Positions 51,353 through 64,000 of a stretch of DNA of 64,000 nt are shown here, in pieces. The stretch covers positions 12,338,001-12,402,000 of the forward strand of contig JBHGNT010000011.1 in NCBI GenBank assembly GCA_043228905.1. Direction: 5' to 3'. How positions within the stretch are numbered: position 1 is the first letter of the stretch; each line of letters starts with the position of its first letter. This DNA is from Azolla caroliniana (lineage: Eukaryota > Plantae > Polypodiophyta). Made by a program: the position numbers and the translations under genes. Below the pieces are notes generated by a model, which worked only from the letters and a program-made list of their open reading frames with translations, was not told the origin of the DNA and searched no databases.

Positions 51353-54200
51353 TGTTACGGGCATGACCATATATATCCCGTGGTGAGAATGTATCTTAGT
51401 AGTCTATTGACGTGGATAAAGTGTGAGGGTTAAATGAGCGTGTAAAGAAGGGGAGGATTACTTTTAATCCTCGGGATTGAGACAACCCACTAGGCCAAGT
51501 GTGAACTTGCATGGGGGCCTTGGCTTTGGCTATAAATATGTGGCCTTGCTACCCTCATTTCATCATCTCTTGACTACGTCGAGACTCTGTTCTTGTGGTG
51601 GGTCAACTTTTGTAGCGAGCACGCCAGTACCAGGTACGACTCGACGCCACAATAGTGGTATGGGATGCCGATCGAGGGTTGGGTTTGTCTCAATCCCTTC
51701 GCTCAGGGGTGGTTGGGTGGATCGACACCCTTCTTTCTCTCTCTCTCCTTTCTTATTTTATATCTATTATATCCTTATCATATGCTTACTTTAGATCTAA
51801 GCTCTAACATGTGGTATCCGAGCCATGTTTCTAATGTTTCTTTTGTTGATTGTTTTTTTTCTTGTTGGATGGCGATCGCTCGATGTATGATTGAGCTTGA
51901 TCCAAATACTTATCAACAAAAGAACTTTGGTAACTCTTTCTTATTTTTTTTCTATTCTTTCTTCTCTCAATCTAACCATGTATAGTCAATATGTACTTTG
52001 TTTCATTGATTCAATTATGTTGTAGTGGGAATAATTGGTTGTATAAAACGTATACATATGTGTATGAGATCAATACCTCATTTGACATATATTTGATATG
52101 TGATTCGTGTTGTAAACGTACGAGGTTAATACCTCAATTGTGTATTACGTTCACATACATATGTTACGTATGCGTATGAGGTGAATACCTCGATTTCTAT
52201 GTATAAATGATATGTGATTGGTGTCATATGCGTAAGAGGTCAATACCTCAATTGCATATTACGTTCAACCTTATTTTTGGATGTTTCGTGTGCGTAGAGG
52301 CTATATGCCTTGATTACGTGTCTCGATTTCATCACTTGTTGGCTATTTTATGTTACGATTTTTTTTAGTATACGCATGTGTGGTCACGTGGATATGTATT
52401 TGATCGTATACATTTGATAAACATTACGCATCCGTGGTCACGTGTATATGTATTTGATCGTATACATTTGATAAACATACATATGTTTATATTAGTTATT
52501 ACGTGAATTTGTATATCAAACGTTGTCCTTTTTGGGGAAAGGATCTTGGTGGCCGTCATCATATTTTTGTGAGAATGGCATCGTCACCATCCTTTTTTCA
52601 ACAAATGTTTTGTTGCCATCCCCATTGGTTACTTTGATTTTGCTACGCGTTATAACGAAACGATCATAGCCACAATGATGTTGAGAGCATAGGGCTTGAC
52701 CCACTTCATGTGAGGTGAGGTCGCTCCTATGACACACGCATCTAACATCCCTCCCTCGTTACATGGATACGATGCCACCATGAGATCATCATTACGGAAG
52801 GCATTCGTAATGACGTAACCATGTGATGGGCCACGTGGGCCTACTACGAAAAGAGGGCTCATTTGGCTTGACCATTAGGTTGCACTTTGGTGTATGCCAT
52901 CGTCATTATGAGACTTGAGGTTAGGTAACATACCAACATAGTTTTGTAGTAAACGAGGGGGAAATAAGGACTCTCGACATATATGTTTTCGTTTATAAAA
53001 CATATATGGGCAAATGCCTTTGCATATCTCTTATACGTATAAATTATTAAACATTTGCCTTGAGCAACCTATGTGGTTAGCTCAAGTGTTTAATGCATTT
53101 GTTCTCGAGGTGTCGAGTTCAAATATGTTCAAGACCATACAACATTGTTGATACATATAGCTATAACACATGTTTAGACTTTAGGTCTAAGTGCACTTCG
53201 GGGTCCTCGTAATAGGACTTAAAGACCCGAAACCACATACGTGGGCATAGAGACATAGTTTATTGTTAAAAAAAAATCGTGTTTAAACTATTCATGACGC
53301 AAACATACATGGTTGAGCCTTGGGGAGCCGCCAAGAAAAATCGATATAGATATAAGGGAAAGACATTCATTTGTCACCCCTATGGTTTTTAAAACATCCT
53401 TGTGTTACCATAGTAACCTGATCTTGAGCCTCATCTCATACGTCTAGAGGGGTATTGACATGAGATCATGATATCAATTAATGTTTGCCCATGATATGTT
53501 TACATCATGACATAATGTTATGATTATTTGTTTGACCTTATCCTATTTCTTTGCCAGAAATTATCATTCAATATCTCATAATAACGACCCGATGGCATCC
53601 ACACAAGCCAAAGGAAATCAAGGAAATCCTCCTAGGCCAGTCCCAATTGATTCGTATTTTTTACAAATACAAAATTTCCTTAATTCAACCTTGCATTGGA
53701 TGACTTAACTTCGGGGTATTCCAAACATGTTTCAAAGAACAAGAAGGGACTGCCGCGAAGAGCCAGCCCGAGAGCGCACACACCGAATCTCATAGTGCTC
53801 TCGAGGCACGTGTCATTAGTTTACAACATGATACTAATGGACATGATAAGCGTCAAGGTGAACCATTATTTGTCGTAAAGCCATTTACGGGAGAAACAAA
53901 GGAAAGAACCGAAGAAGCAATCTGCACGTGGTTGGGCCGATGGGAGTCTCATTTTGAGCTCCATCCCAAGCCAGATATTACGAAGATTGCATATGTTGGT
54001 CGAGAACTAGCGAGTAAGGCCACCACCTGGTGGTGTGGGCTCCGCACTACGGGGAAATTGCCTGATACCTGGATAGACTTTGTAACATTTTTTAATGGTC
54101 AATTTCTACAACCTCCATCTCAAATCGAGGTACCACAAGCTTTAATGAACCTCTCTAGCCGAATATTTTCTTCGCTAGAAGACTATGTTCACCATGCTAG
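51353..54200 (+). mobile_element. 5' half of a Ty3/Gypsy element (LTR, PBS, long leader, gag)
   Basis: LTR 51353-51809 (TGTTA...TAACA, internal TATAAATA). PBS TGGTATCCGAGCC at 51812. gag WLGRWESHF..KIAYVGRELASKATTWW..LPDTWIDFVTFFNGQF at ~53930-54110. Truncated at the L1 junction. Confidence 0.85.
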
Positions 54201-56200
54201 AACTTGTTTTCGGGCTTCTTCAAGATGCAAAGCAACCCATGCACACTCTGGCCGACCCTGTTGCAATCTTTGCAAAGATATCAACGTTTCCCTCAACCTT
54301 CTTTCCTTCTCTTAATATTCCATATATTCATATCTTGATTTCAACGCAAAATATTGTGATAACTCCGTCAAAGCACAAGCCAACTTGATTGTAATGGGAA
54401 CATCCATATCATCTTTCTTCCGCCAAATATCTCTCACTTGAATATACCATCGATCGTCTAACATTACGTTTTCGGGTATCCTAAATCGTATGGACGTTAT
54501 TTTCGATTGACCAAAGGTTCTCAATATAACAAGAGCATGATAGGAGAAAATTGTGCATGGCATAATCGTGATATTCCCCCCATTTAAGGCAATGGCCTCC
54601 CCCACATAAAATCTATCCAATCTTGAAAGATTGGTTCCACCAATTCTCCTATTAGAACATGAGAAACTCAAGGAATCCTGAGATATATAGACATTAGGCA
54701 TAATATGCCATGCATCCAAAATACTCAATTTCAAACACATCCATTCCCAGACTATTAGTTCCTCCCATGAATTGTTGCCACACTCCCTCCTTTCCTATCG
54801 TCCACGTCCTCAAGCATGTTAAAATCCCTTGCAACACACCAATGAGACGTGTTTGGTATTGCATTTGTAATTTCACACCAGAAGTGTTTCCTAGCTGATG
54901 CATGATTTGCTGAACATCCTTAACACCCAAATGTTTTGTAAAATCATGCCCAAAGGGGGCTGCATAATCCAGTATCGAAAAACCACCACTTCCATTATCC
55001 TCCTTCAACATTCCACACCTTCTTATCGTGACCGCATTATCCAATTTTCGTGAACGTAACGTTCTTTTCGAAGCAAATGTTCTAGTACACACCCATCATT
55101 TGGCTGGATGGTACCAACATTTTTCTCTCTTACCTCAGTAGTGGGTGTTGGCTGCTCTCTCACATATCAACTTCTATGTCCAACGCATTGTACACATTAG
55201 GGGTGAGGCATGTCTCTTGCATAGGCATCGTACGTGTCTTGCACCCATGCTTAGCCTTTACGATCGTCCATTGATTGTCTCCTATTTCCTAAGCTTGTGC
55301 CATTCCACCCATACAATTTGAGGTTAGTTTCTCTTGGCAATTATCTACCTCATGCCCCTCCTGTTTACAATACTCGCAACAACGTTTTTTTTCCTGGACC
55401 CCTACTTTAGCATTTCTCCTTGGACAATTCTTGGCCAAATGTCCCATTTGTTGACAATAGAAACATTGTCCGGGGAGTCCGGCAAACTCCACCTTTTGTT
55501 CTATAAAATCTCCTTCTTCATTTGGTAGCATTATCTTTGTAGGTAAGTTTTCGAGCAATCCTACCAAGATTCGGGCTGACGGAAATCCTAACATTTTAGT
55601 TATTTGCACAACTATGTTGTCTTTGACCTTCAGCTTTGTTCCGATCCTCGAAGCTATTGCTCCAAGCATTAGTAAATACTCCTTACTTAATCCTGGGAAG
55701 ACAATCGTTAACGGAAATATCCAATCTCCTTTTCGTATTGCCTCCATAGGATTAAAACCTTGTTTCCAAGGCATCACAAATGCACGGGCACCTCTTACAT
55801 CAAGAGGACTATGTTCCAACATTATGCCCACTGATTCGATTGTATCCAATTCCACATGATAAAATCCTCTCCTCATAAATTGGACATCTATTATCCTACC
55901 AATTAATCCATGCATAACGGCTTGTAAGAGATCTTTGCACTCACCTCTATTTGGCCGAGCTCCCACCACTCTATAGATCACAGAGAGTTGGGTTTGAAGA
56001 TGAACCTCCGAGTTGAATTCAGCCTCCTCTTCAGGCGAGAATATGATTAGCAGAGGCCTCTCCTCAGAACCTATTGGCGGGGATGCTTCTTTAGAGTTCC
56101 CCTGTTGTGTCGTTGAGGCAGTTCTCTACTGTTCTCTCTCCCTCTTCCCTGTTCCTGGAGGACAGATATGCGCGGAAACGTAGATATAGCCCACAAGGGG
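54200..56200 (-). mobile_element. L1-type LINE 5' portion: ORF1 and the endonuclease part of ORF2
   Basis: ORF 55289-55981 has a plant L1 ORF1-like region and two CCHC knuckles (CFYCQQMGHLAKNC, CEYCKQEGHEVDNC). Endonuclease motifs FSCSNRR..SRLDRFYV and ..S(Y)HALV lie at 54312-54740. Confidence 0.88.
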
Positions 56201-56349
56201 CACATTAAGACTATTTACAAATATAGTCTCCCGAATTGGCTATTAAATCGATTATTCGATTTTCGACCTTAATCAAGTTGCCTATCGACTCCATCTTATT
56301 CAACTCGTGCTCTTCCCATCTAGAGAGACCTATTACCTAACATTCTCCA

Positions 56350-57475
56350 AGCACACATGGATATTCCCAATGCAGCAGAACAGTGATGTGTTCTCGCACT
56401 TCCAAAAATTTAAAAACGAAGTAAAAAAGGCAACCGGTCAGCATATTTGATGCCTTCAATTGGACAACGACATGAGTATTTCTCCGATGCCTTCACAACA
56501 TACCTTCGACAAGAAGGAATTTCGCGGTAGTTCACCTACCGACACACACCTCAACAGAACGGAGTAGCCGAATGAAAGAACCGACATATACTCGAGGTGG
56601 CAAGGGCAATGATGAATGAGAAACATTTACCGAAATCTTATTGGGCTGAAGCGGCGAACACGGTTGTCTATCTAATGAATCATTGCACGACATCCGGAGT
56701 GCACGATGTCACCCCACACGAGAAGTTCTATGGAAAGAAGTCGGATCTATCTCACGTTAGGATATTTAGCTCGATCACATACGTGCATATTCCCGATGAA
56801 AAGCGGCAAAAGCTCGATCCAAAATCGGAGAAGTGTATCCTTGTGGGGTACTCGCTTGAATAGAAGAGGTATAAGTGCTTCAACCCCTCTACCAAGAATG
56901 TACGAGTGAGTAGGGATGTCATATTCGACGAATCGACATCCCGGTACATTGTCGACTCAGCTCCATCCAACCCAATTGAAATTGATTTCGACATAGACTC
57001 GGAGGAGGAGGATCGATTAAGGCTCACAACAGAGGAAAGTCCAATTTCAATCAGGTTGAGTGGACCACAGGAGCCTCCAAGCAACCAAAGCACATCGCAG
57101 CCAGAGGTCCAAAACTGGACAAAGGGAAGGCCAAAATGCCTAAGTACGAAGACTCAAATGGAAACGAATTAGCTCACCAACTCGACAATGAGTATGGTAG
57201 ATTGGATGTACCTATCATGAGGACATCAGGAGCCGAGAAAGTGTTCACGAAGACAAGTGAACAACCACGTCGGTCCACACAAGAGAAGAACGTAGTCAGC
57301 CGATTCGGGTACAATGACTACATGGCATATCACTATGCATTCATGATGAAGGTGGCAACAATCCGAGAGCCAGAAACTTTTTCCGAAGTTGTGAAGGACC
57401 CGCAATGGATCGAAGCAATTAATGAGGAGATGCAAGCACTCTCCAAAAACGAGAGGTGGGATCTCATCCCCGCTT
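56350..57475 (+). mobile_element. Ty1/Copia integrase-to-RT fragment
   Basis: TPQQNGVAE*KNRHILEVARAMMNEKHLPKSYWAEAANTVVYLMN..KLDPKSEKCILVGYS, then EPETFSEVVKDPQWIEAINEEMQALSKNERWDLIP, cut off by a LINE. Confidence 0.92.
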
Positions 57476-58712
57476 CCAAAATTTTGCATGCATACTAAAT
57501 TAAGTGTCAATACCTCTAAAACAAAGATTATGCTTGTGAAGAGCCAAAGAAGAGATAAACCATGCATTATGTACAACAATGAACCACTTGAATGTGTGGA
57601 AAGCTTCAAATATCTTGGCCTTGAAGTTCCTTCAAATCATAGATGGAATGAATGTGCTACACGCCACATAGAGGTGGGTAAGCGAGCATACTATGCATTT
57701 GAGAACACATGCAATCTTGGAGATATTAAGTGTTGGGTCCTCAAGAAATATCTATTCGACACTTTAGTGACACCGGTTCTTCTCTATGGGGTGGAAGTAT
57801 GGGGCGGTCGCATCCCTAAATCTATGTGGGAAGAGTTTGAAAATGTCCAAAAACATTTTCTTACAAAGTTTCTACAAGTTAAGAAACAAACACCCTACGC
57901 CCTCTTGCTCCTGGAGACGGGATTGCTTCCCATTGAGATCATGGCCATGGAAAGGGTTGTTGAATACATGCTTAAGGTTCAAAAAAGCCCCTCACATCGC
58001 CTTCCTAGAATTGCATGGGAAGCAAGCAAAAAGATCCAAAAGACGCATAAAAGAAAAATTTTGTGTTCTGGTTGGGATGCAAGATATAGAAAAATGGTTT
58101 GTCAGATGGGATGCAAGACACTTGCTTCATGATGCATCATTAGATTCCTTTGTAAATGAGGCATTTTTGCAATGCCAATGTATCATGACATGGGACAAAT
58201 GTGGAGGCTCACGCTTCACACATTATACTACACATGTTGCACCTAACAACAAAACCATATTCTTTGCGGAACGGGGAAATCATACACATGGATACATGGT
58301 AGAGCCCATACCGTTATCTGCCATTCGAACCATTGCTTCCATGCGACTTAGCTCACATGCATTGCGATGTGAGACAGGGCGTTGGGGCACAAGTGATGAG
58401 AGTGGTCGACTATGCACACTTTGCCCTAAACAAGTTCGTGAGTTTGAGTATCACACTTTGATACAATGCTCTGCCTTTGATCATATTCGACCATGCTTTC
58501 CACATCTCTTCGACCGAGCCCAATCCTTGCATGAATTCCTCTCACAACCACAATGTGCACTCTCGATTGCAACATTCATTGGTAAAGTTCTTGAACATCG
58601 AGAGTCACTACTCACTTTCACACATATCACGTGAAATGTAATATTTTGGTCTCATAGGTCATATTTGACCTCCGAAGACGATAATATAATCTATCTATCT
58701 ATCTATCTATCT
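57475..58712 (+). mobile_element. 5'-truncated non-LTR retrotransposon (RTE/L2-like) with a (TATC)n tail
   Basis: RT C-terminus LSVNTSKTKIM..VESFKYLG..LFDTLVTPVLLYGVEVWG; C-terminal RLSSHALRCETGRW..RLCTLC..E.EYHTLIQC; short 3' UTR ending in (TATC)n at ~58689-58712. One frameshift near 58070. Confidence 0.88.
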
Positions 58713-59247
58713 CGACTACACACACCTTCCGCTGAAAAGAATCACACCTGAATTTACAGTTGATGATATTTTTCCTCGAGGTTGATATCTTTGCATTGTT
58801 CTTCATTTCTCCCCTTTTAAGTTTGAGGTTCTTTCTTTAACTCTACTCTAGGCTCTTATCAACCCAACTTTGAATTGTCTATTTTGTTCCTTCCCCATTG
58901 TTACAAAGGTTTCCTTAGCCTAGAATTATTTTTGAATCTTACTAAAACCATATCTCTTAGTTTAATCTTTGACATGTAAAAATCTTAGCTCATTACCATG
59001 CATGCTTTTTTGTTTCTTAGCTTAGTGAGATTTTTAAGTTTTACCTTAGGGCTCAACCATTGGTGCTTAATCTTCTTTAGTCGATATTCCTCGTTGCTTG
59101 TTGTACCTAAATAGTCGAAGATCTCTAATTGCCTTTGGATTTCAATGGAATTACTAGACTTGGTAGTGAATCTGTTCAAATTCTCATATGCCTCAATGTA
59201 TACATGAATTTTATATTTCCACAATGACATGAATTGCAAGAAGGGTG

Positions 59248-59495
59248 ATTCATTTTCCTTGGTTCAAATGAATATTAATACACGTAAAGGAATGAGCAAT
59301 GCTTCCTTCCAACCATTGTATCAAAATGTGGTAAACCCATTGTCCACCTGTGTTTTTTTTTAAATTCCATAAGGGCAATTCATTTTCCTTGGTTCAAATG
59401 AATATTAATACAAGCATAAAGGAATGAGTGAGGCTTCATTCCAACCATCTTATCAAAATGTGACGAACCCATCGTCTGCTTGCATTTTTTTTAAA
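59248..59495. repeat. ~130-bp diverged tandem duplication
   Basis: ATTCATTTTCCTTGGTTCAAATGAATATTAATAC at 59248 and 59378. Confidence 0.85.
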
Positions 59496-59705
59496 TATTG
59501 CATATTTATCCGGAGTGAGTGCATACGTTTTTGTTAATTCTTCAAATGCCCTTCGGTTGACACTCGAAAGATAGAAGAAAGCCGAGGATGAGTTCAAGCA
59601 ATGTGGATGCTCAAGGAGGACATATAGATAGAATAATGGATCAGATAGCTACACTATCGACTCGAGGGCATTTCCGAGGGGCAATGTGTGGGAAATAAAC
59701 CCTTA

Positions 59706-60115
59706 TAACAATCGGCAATGGTTTGGTATGAATCGAACCGAACTGCGAAACCATGACTTAACAACTTAACAGTTTGATAGTTTAGGGTTGCTAGTTGATT
59801 ATTATTTTTAATTATTTTTTAAACAACCTTTTCATTTTTAAGCCTAATGCTCACATTTTAGGAAAAATCTTTAAATTTTGGAAAAATTAAAATTTGAAAT
59901 AAGGGAAAATTTAAAAAACTAAAAATTTGAATTTTGACCTAACTTGAAAACTGAAACCGAAACCACGGTTTTAACGATTTAATGGTATGAACGGTTTGGG
60001 TTTTTTTGTAATGGTTCGGTTTAAATGGTTTAAACAAATTCGGTTCAAGTTTCAAGCATTTTAAACGGTTTGGTTTTGACGCTATCGAACCGAACCGAAC
60101 CGTTGCCGATTGTTA
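59706..60115. mobile_element. 410-bp TIR MITE (hAT-like)
   Basis: Termini TAACAATCGGCAATGGTTTGGT and ACCGAACCGTTGCCGATTGTTA form a 22-bp inverted repeat with 2 mismatches. Subterminal AACCG/CGGTT repeats and an AT-rich core. No TSD found. Confidence 0.8.
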
Positions 60116-60256
60116 GCTCTTTCCTTAGAGTTGGTCTTATTATTTCAAAGAAATAGAGGGCCAAGTTTGAAGAAAGACATACAAAACACACACATTCCCC
60201 TGCCATGCCATAATATGGGTGTTTTTCTGGATAATGAACCACACTCTCCTTAAGCG

Positions 60257-63200
60257 ATGGCCACGGTGGTCTGGCGACCCTTCATGCGATCTCTCTTTGC
60301 AGGTCAGTCAATCCTTGGCAACAACCCACTTCCTGGAACTCTGTAAGGATGGATAAAATGCGCTCTTTTGCAATGATATACAAACCATAAAACAACATCC
60401 TTTTGACTGAATACAACATTGTCTATGCAGCTTTTAGAATGAGAAGTGCACGAGATAAAACAAATGTTTGGATTCGTTAAGGCAGTGTTATGCACCTTTT
60501 ACCATGAAATTTAAAAGATAAACAACGCTCTAAGATGTGTCTAAAGCATAGTTTTTCATCTTTCACAATGAAATATAAGAGATGATCAGCTCACTAGGAT
60601 GAAAAAGGCATTGCTATGAATGCCTTACAATTATGTCGTGATCAATCAGTATCAGCTTAACATGAATGTGAATCCATGTGTGCAAACACACAGAATTATG
60701 GGGTCTTTAAGACATTGGGAAACAAACTCCTCTTATAAATTTCTAGTGAAATTGGTAAACATGATTTTAGTGGCATATATGCTTATGCTACTAAATTTAA
60801 ATCTAATGGAATAATAATTATGCATGCCTTACAATTATGTCGTGATCAATCAGTATCAGCTTAACATGAATGTGAATCCATGTGTGCAAACTCACAGAAT
60901 TATGGGGTCTTTAAGACATTGGGAAACAAACTCCTCTTATAAATTTCTATTGAAATTGGTAAACATGATTTTAGTGGCATATATGCTTATGCTCCTAAAT
61001 TTAAATCTAATGGAATAATAATCTAGCAAATCCAAAACACTGTTTTTTCATTAAGACAAGGGATGTGATATTGTGGAATTTCCTTTTTTTATGTTCTTTG
61101 CAGGTAGAAAAACAACTTCATGGAAGCAATCACCAATTAATTTAGACTTGTATCATGGACATCTAAGGTTTTGCACTGGACCTGTCAAATGCTCAATAGA
61201 GAACTTGGATGAAGGGAAGGATGTTATTTTGAAATGCATATCAAGAACTGCAGAGGTATTCTTCATTTTATTAACTTTCTTTTCATTTTTAAGAATGAGG
61301 ACAATTTTCCCTTCTTTAAATGGTTCTAATATTTTGTTAGTCTCATAGGCAATTAAGGAACAATAACATATCTTCATTTATTTGTTCTTCCATGTGCACT
61401 AGATTGAGAAAGTTTTGCTGTAGAAGAGGGAAAACTAAGTCATCAGACAAAATAACTATAAAAACAAATTATAGATTGTAAAATTTGCTGCTATACACTT
61501 ATTTATTAATGATGATCGCCAGGTCATATGAACTACAAACATGGAGCTTTTATAATAAAGCATTAGTTTCTTATAACCCCTGCACATATCTAGGAATGAT
61601 GCAAGGAGAAATATGTATCCTCAAGGCATACATATTGTAATCACATAAACAAGCATTTAAAATATTAGTCATAAGAACAAAGGTGGGTGAAATACATTAG
61701 ATCATTTTCAAAATCATTGATTTCTTTCAAAATCATTGATTTCTTTCAAAATCATTGATTTCTTTCAAAATCATTGATTTCTTTCAAAATCATTGATTTC
61801 TTTCTTCAATTCAACATATTACATGTTAGCATCACGAGTCATGCTACCTTGGAATCATATTCTATTTTCAAAAGAAATTTTGAAGCAATCTTTACATTCC
61901 TTTAATTCTTTCTTAGGGTATAGAAGGACCCGTGGATGTGTCCTGTGTTGATTGATTCTATTAAGAGGATATTGCAACCTTTAAGCTTTCAAATAAACTA
62001 CATAGATATATTTTATTTTTTCCTTCAATGAAGAAGATAGGTTCTTGTAGATAATTTGGAGGGCAAAAAATGATGTTAATCTGCTTTCCACCATTTTTCC
62101 ATTTGATATATTTTCAACAGTTGTGACTGAATTGCAATGGTAGTATATACAATTTGGAGTCTCTGTTCAATATTCTATTATTTTTCGTTTACCTCAAATA
62201 TCACTATTTTCTCAAGACATGCATCTAAACCTCACAAAACTGACTGTAGGTTTCGGTTCTGAGCATTTCTGCAACACATGTTGTCGAAGAGGCACAACGC
62301 CGACATCAAGCAGCACCCACAGTATATCTCAAGCTATTTGAATATCTGAAACTATAAATTAAGTTTGAAACTAACTAAACCGCATAAAAGTAAACATTAT
62401 TATAATTTATTATTATGGCACACTTAACAACATTGATATAGAAGACAAATGACATGGATTATGGTTGAGAATCCTATATTGGTAGATTCCTTTCATGCAA
62501 TAAACAAAAATTTCTTCAAACATTAGCCAAGTTCTTCACTCGAGCAAAGTTAGCCAAGATATTCTACTTGTTTTAGAGCAGAGTTGCAGTCAAATCAGCA
62601 TTAAAGGTGCTTTGTTGATGCAACATGTCAAATCTTTATTTTTAGAATAATGTTGGTGTGATGCAAAGCCCAGCCACTAGCCAGAAAACCTAACTGTAAA
62701 ATGGTAGAAAACTAAAGGGAATAACAGGAAAGAAGCGAAAAGAATACCAATGACTGAGGGAATCAGGGTTTTTAAGGATTGTACTGGTTTTTTCTTGCAA
62801 TTAGGTAGAAGAGAAAAAAAGTGAGATGAGATGTTGAATTTTCAGGTTGTTGTCTAGTTGTATGCTGTCTTCTTATCTTTTTATTTGATCCCTAAGAACA
62901 CTGCAGATGACACACAGGATAATAGAAAGCTGAAATTCATGACTCTGCTGATTAACACATACAAGATTCTCGCAGAAGTTCTAAATATGAATACAGCTAT
63001 ATTTGACCAGTGTTCGCATCTCCATAAATAAAAACTTGTGTGAAAGCAAATATAATTTGAATGTCACTCACTGGTAATTGCTTTTCGGGCTGATTTGGAA
63101 AAACTTACTATTGTAATTTGCAGTTGTTTATGTTCTTCACTTGAGAAAGTCGAGACTTAGCCATATCACAAACAAATTTATTCATTTAAAGTTTGATTCT

Positions 63201-63380
63201 TCGTAAAGTTGGGGACACTTTCTTTTTTAGTTTATTCATCTTTGTATATTATCATTTAAACTCCTGTTGATTTTGAAGCTCCTCAATTTTATCATTTTTA
63301 AGGCATTGGCAACTTTAGGCAGGGCCCTCATGGGCACCCTCTTGCTTGGAGAGCTCAAGGATGATGCAGAATCTATTCAG
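60257..63380 (+). CDS. HSP33: Hsp33/HslO-like redox chaperone with a putative organellar transit peptide; first four exons, gene continues beyond the window
   Basis: Exons 60257-60302, 61104-61255, 62250-62321 and 63303-63380 (GT-AG; phases 1, 0, 0) give MATVVWRPFMRSLFAGRKTTSWKQSP...GKDVILKCISRTAEVSVLSISATHVVEEAQRRHQAAPTALATLGRALMGTLLLGELKDDAESIQ. This matches the Hsp33 N-terminal pattern V.EA..RH...PTA.A.LGR.L...LL.G. Not recognisable from the ORF track. Confidence 0.85.
60620..61022. repeat. Near-perfect 204-bp tandem duplication in Hsp33 intron 1
   Basis: Copies start at 60620 and 60824 and differ by only a few substitutions. Confidence 0.95.
61706..61804. repeat. 19-bp perfect minisatellite, ~5 copies
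   Basis: (TTTCAAAATCATTGATTTC)n in Hsp33 intron 2. Confidence 0.95.
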
Positions 63381-63744
63381 GTATTGATGATTTTCAGTGC
63401 TTATATTTCCTATAGTATAATGCATTCCAAATAATTCCAAGGTATCCAAAACACTATAATACATTGTGCAACCTTACAAACTGTGGTCATATCACACATT
63501 TCAAAGATGTCTATGTTGTTCACATGGTTATAAGAACTTTTATTTCATGTTCATATCCGTAGAACTCTAATATTGCGCATTTCAAAAAATTTCATGTAGT
63601 CCACATGGTTATGAGAACTTGTGGTTCATCTTTATATCCTTAAGAAAGGCAGAGTCTTAAAAACTACTTTTTCTGCCTGACTGTTTTCTATTTGATTCTT
63701 ATGGTACACTTCTTCTCTGTGTTTGTTGCATTTCACTCTTCTCT

Positions 63745-64000
63745 GTGTTTGAGCCACGGACTAAGCTATGGTTATTTGATACACTTGTCACACCAACTCT
63801 TCTCTATGGAGTAGAAACTTTGGAAAGATTTAGAGAGACCTTTAGTGTCAATGATTGCTTGCATGATAAGGAGCAAAGCATCGGTGCCCCACGATATAAT
63901 CCGGGAAGAGATGGGAGCAGCACCTATAATAACTGAGGCATTGTTCCGATCAGTGTCATTTATCCAACGTCTTTGGGAGCTCCCTAAACGAAGGTACCCA
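63745..64000 (+). mobile_element. RTE/L2-like LINE fragment inside Hsp33 intron 4
   Basis: FEPRTKLWLFDTLVTPTLLYGVE is similar to the LINE at 57475-58712. Confidence 0.75.

Noticed and set aside
60620-61018. Two near-identical 64-aa ORFs suggesting a tandem peptide gene pair
   Set aside because: They come from the 204-bp duplication inside Hsp33 intron 1 and have no recognisable protein features.
62231-62266. Minus-strand mini-ORF MLRTETYSQFCE followed by GT, a tempting distant exon 1 for the ARF
   Set aside because: It overlaps the antisense of the Hsp33 exon 62250-62321, which is much better supported, and a closer exon-1 candidate exists at ~43911-43965.

Overview
Eukaryotic, intron-rich plant nuclear DNA, most likely from a non-seed vascular plant such as a fern (inference). 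There is one 100-N scaffold gap at 44850-44949. Four host genes can be rebuilt from GT-AG splice sites: (1) a 13-exon ubinuclein (UBN/HPC2-like) gene, + strand, 917-5658; (2) a 3-exon R2R3-MYB of the MIXTA/MYB17 (subgroup 9) type, + strand, 18398-21181; (3) a class-A auxin response factor with B3, ARF, Q-rich middle and PB1 regions, - strand, 36549-43837, whose 5' end is frameshifted and which carries a near-perfect miR167 complementary site; (4) the first four exons of an organelle-targeted Hsp33/HslO-like chaperone, + strand, from 60257 and running off the window. The intergenic space is mostly nested or rearranged retroelements: an internally deleted Copia with both LTRs and a TSD, a Gypsy inserted in another Gypsy, a non-autonomous LTR element filled with a 48-bp tandem array, L1 and RTE-like LINE fragments, a TIR MITE and many local tandem duplications. 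I see no prokaryotic systems, CRISPR arrays, tRNA or rRNA genes. All family calls come from motif recognition by eye; no searches were run.
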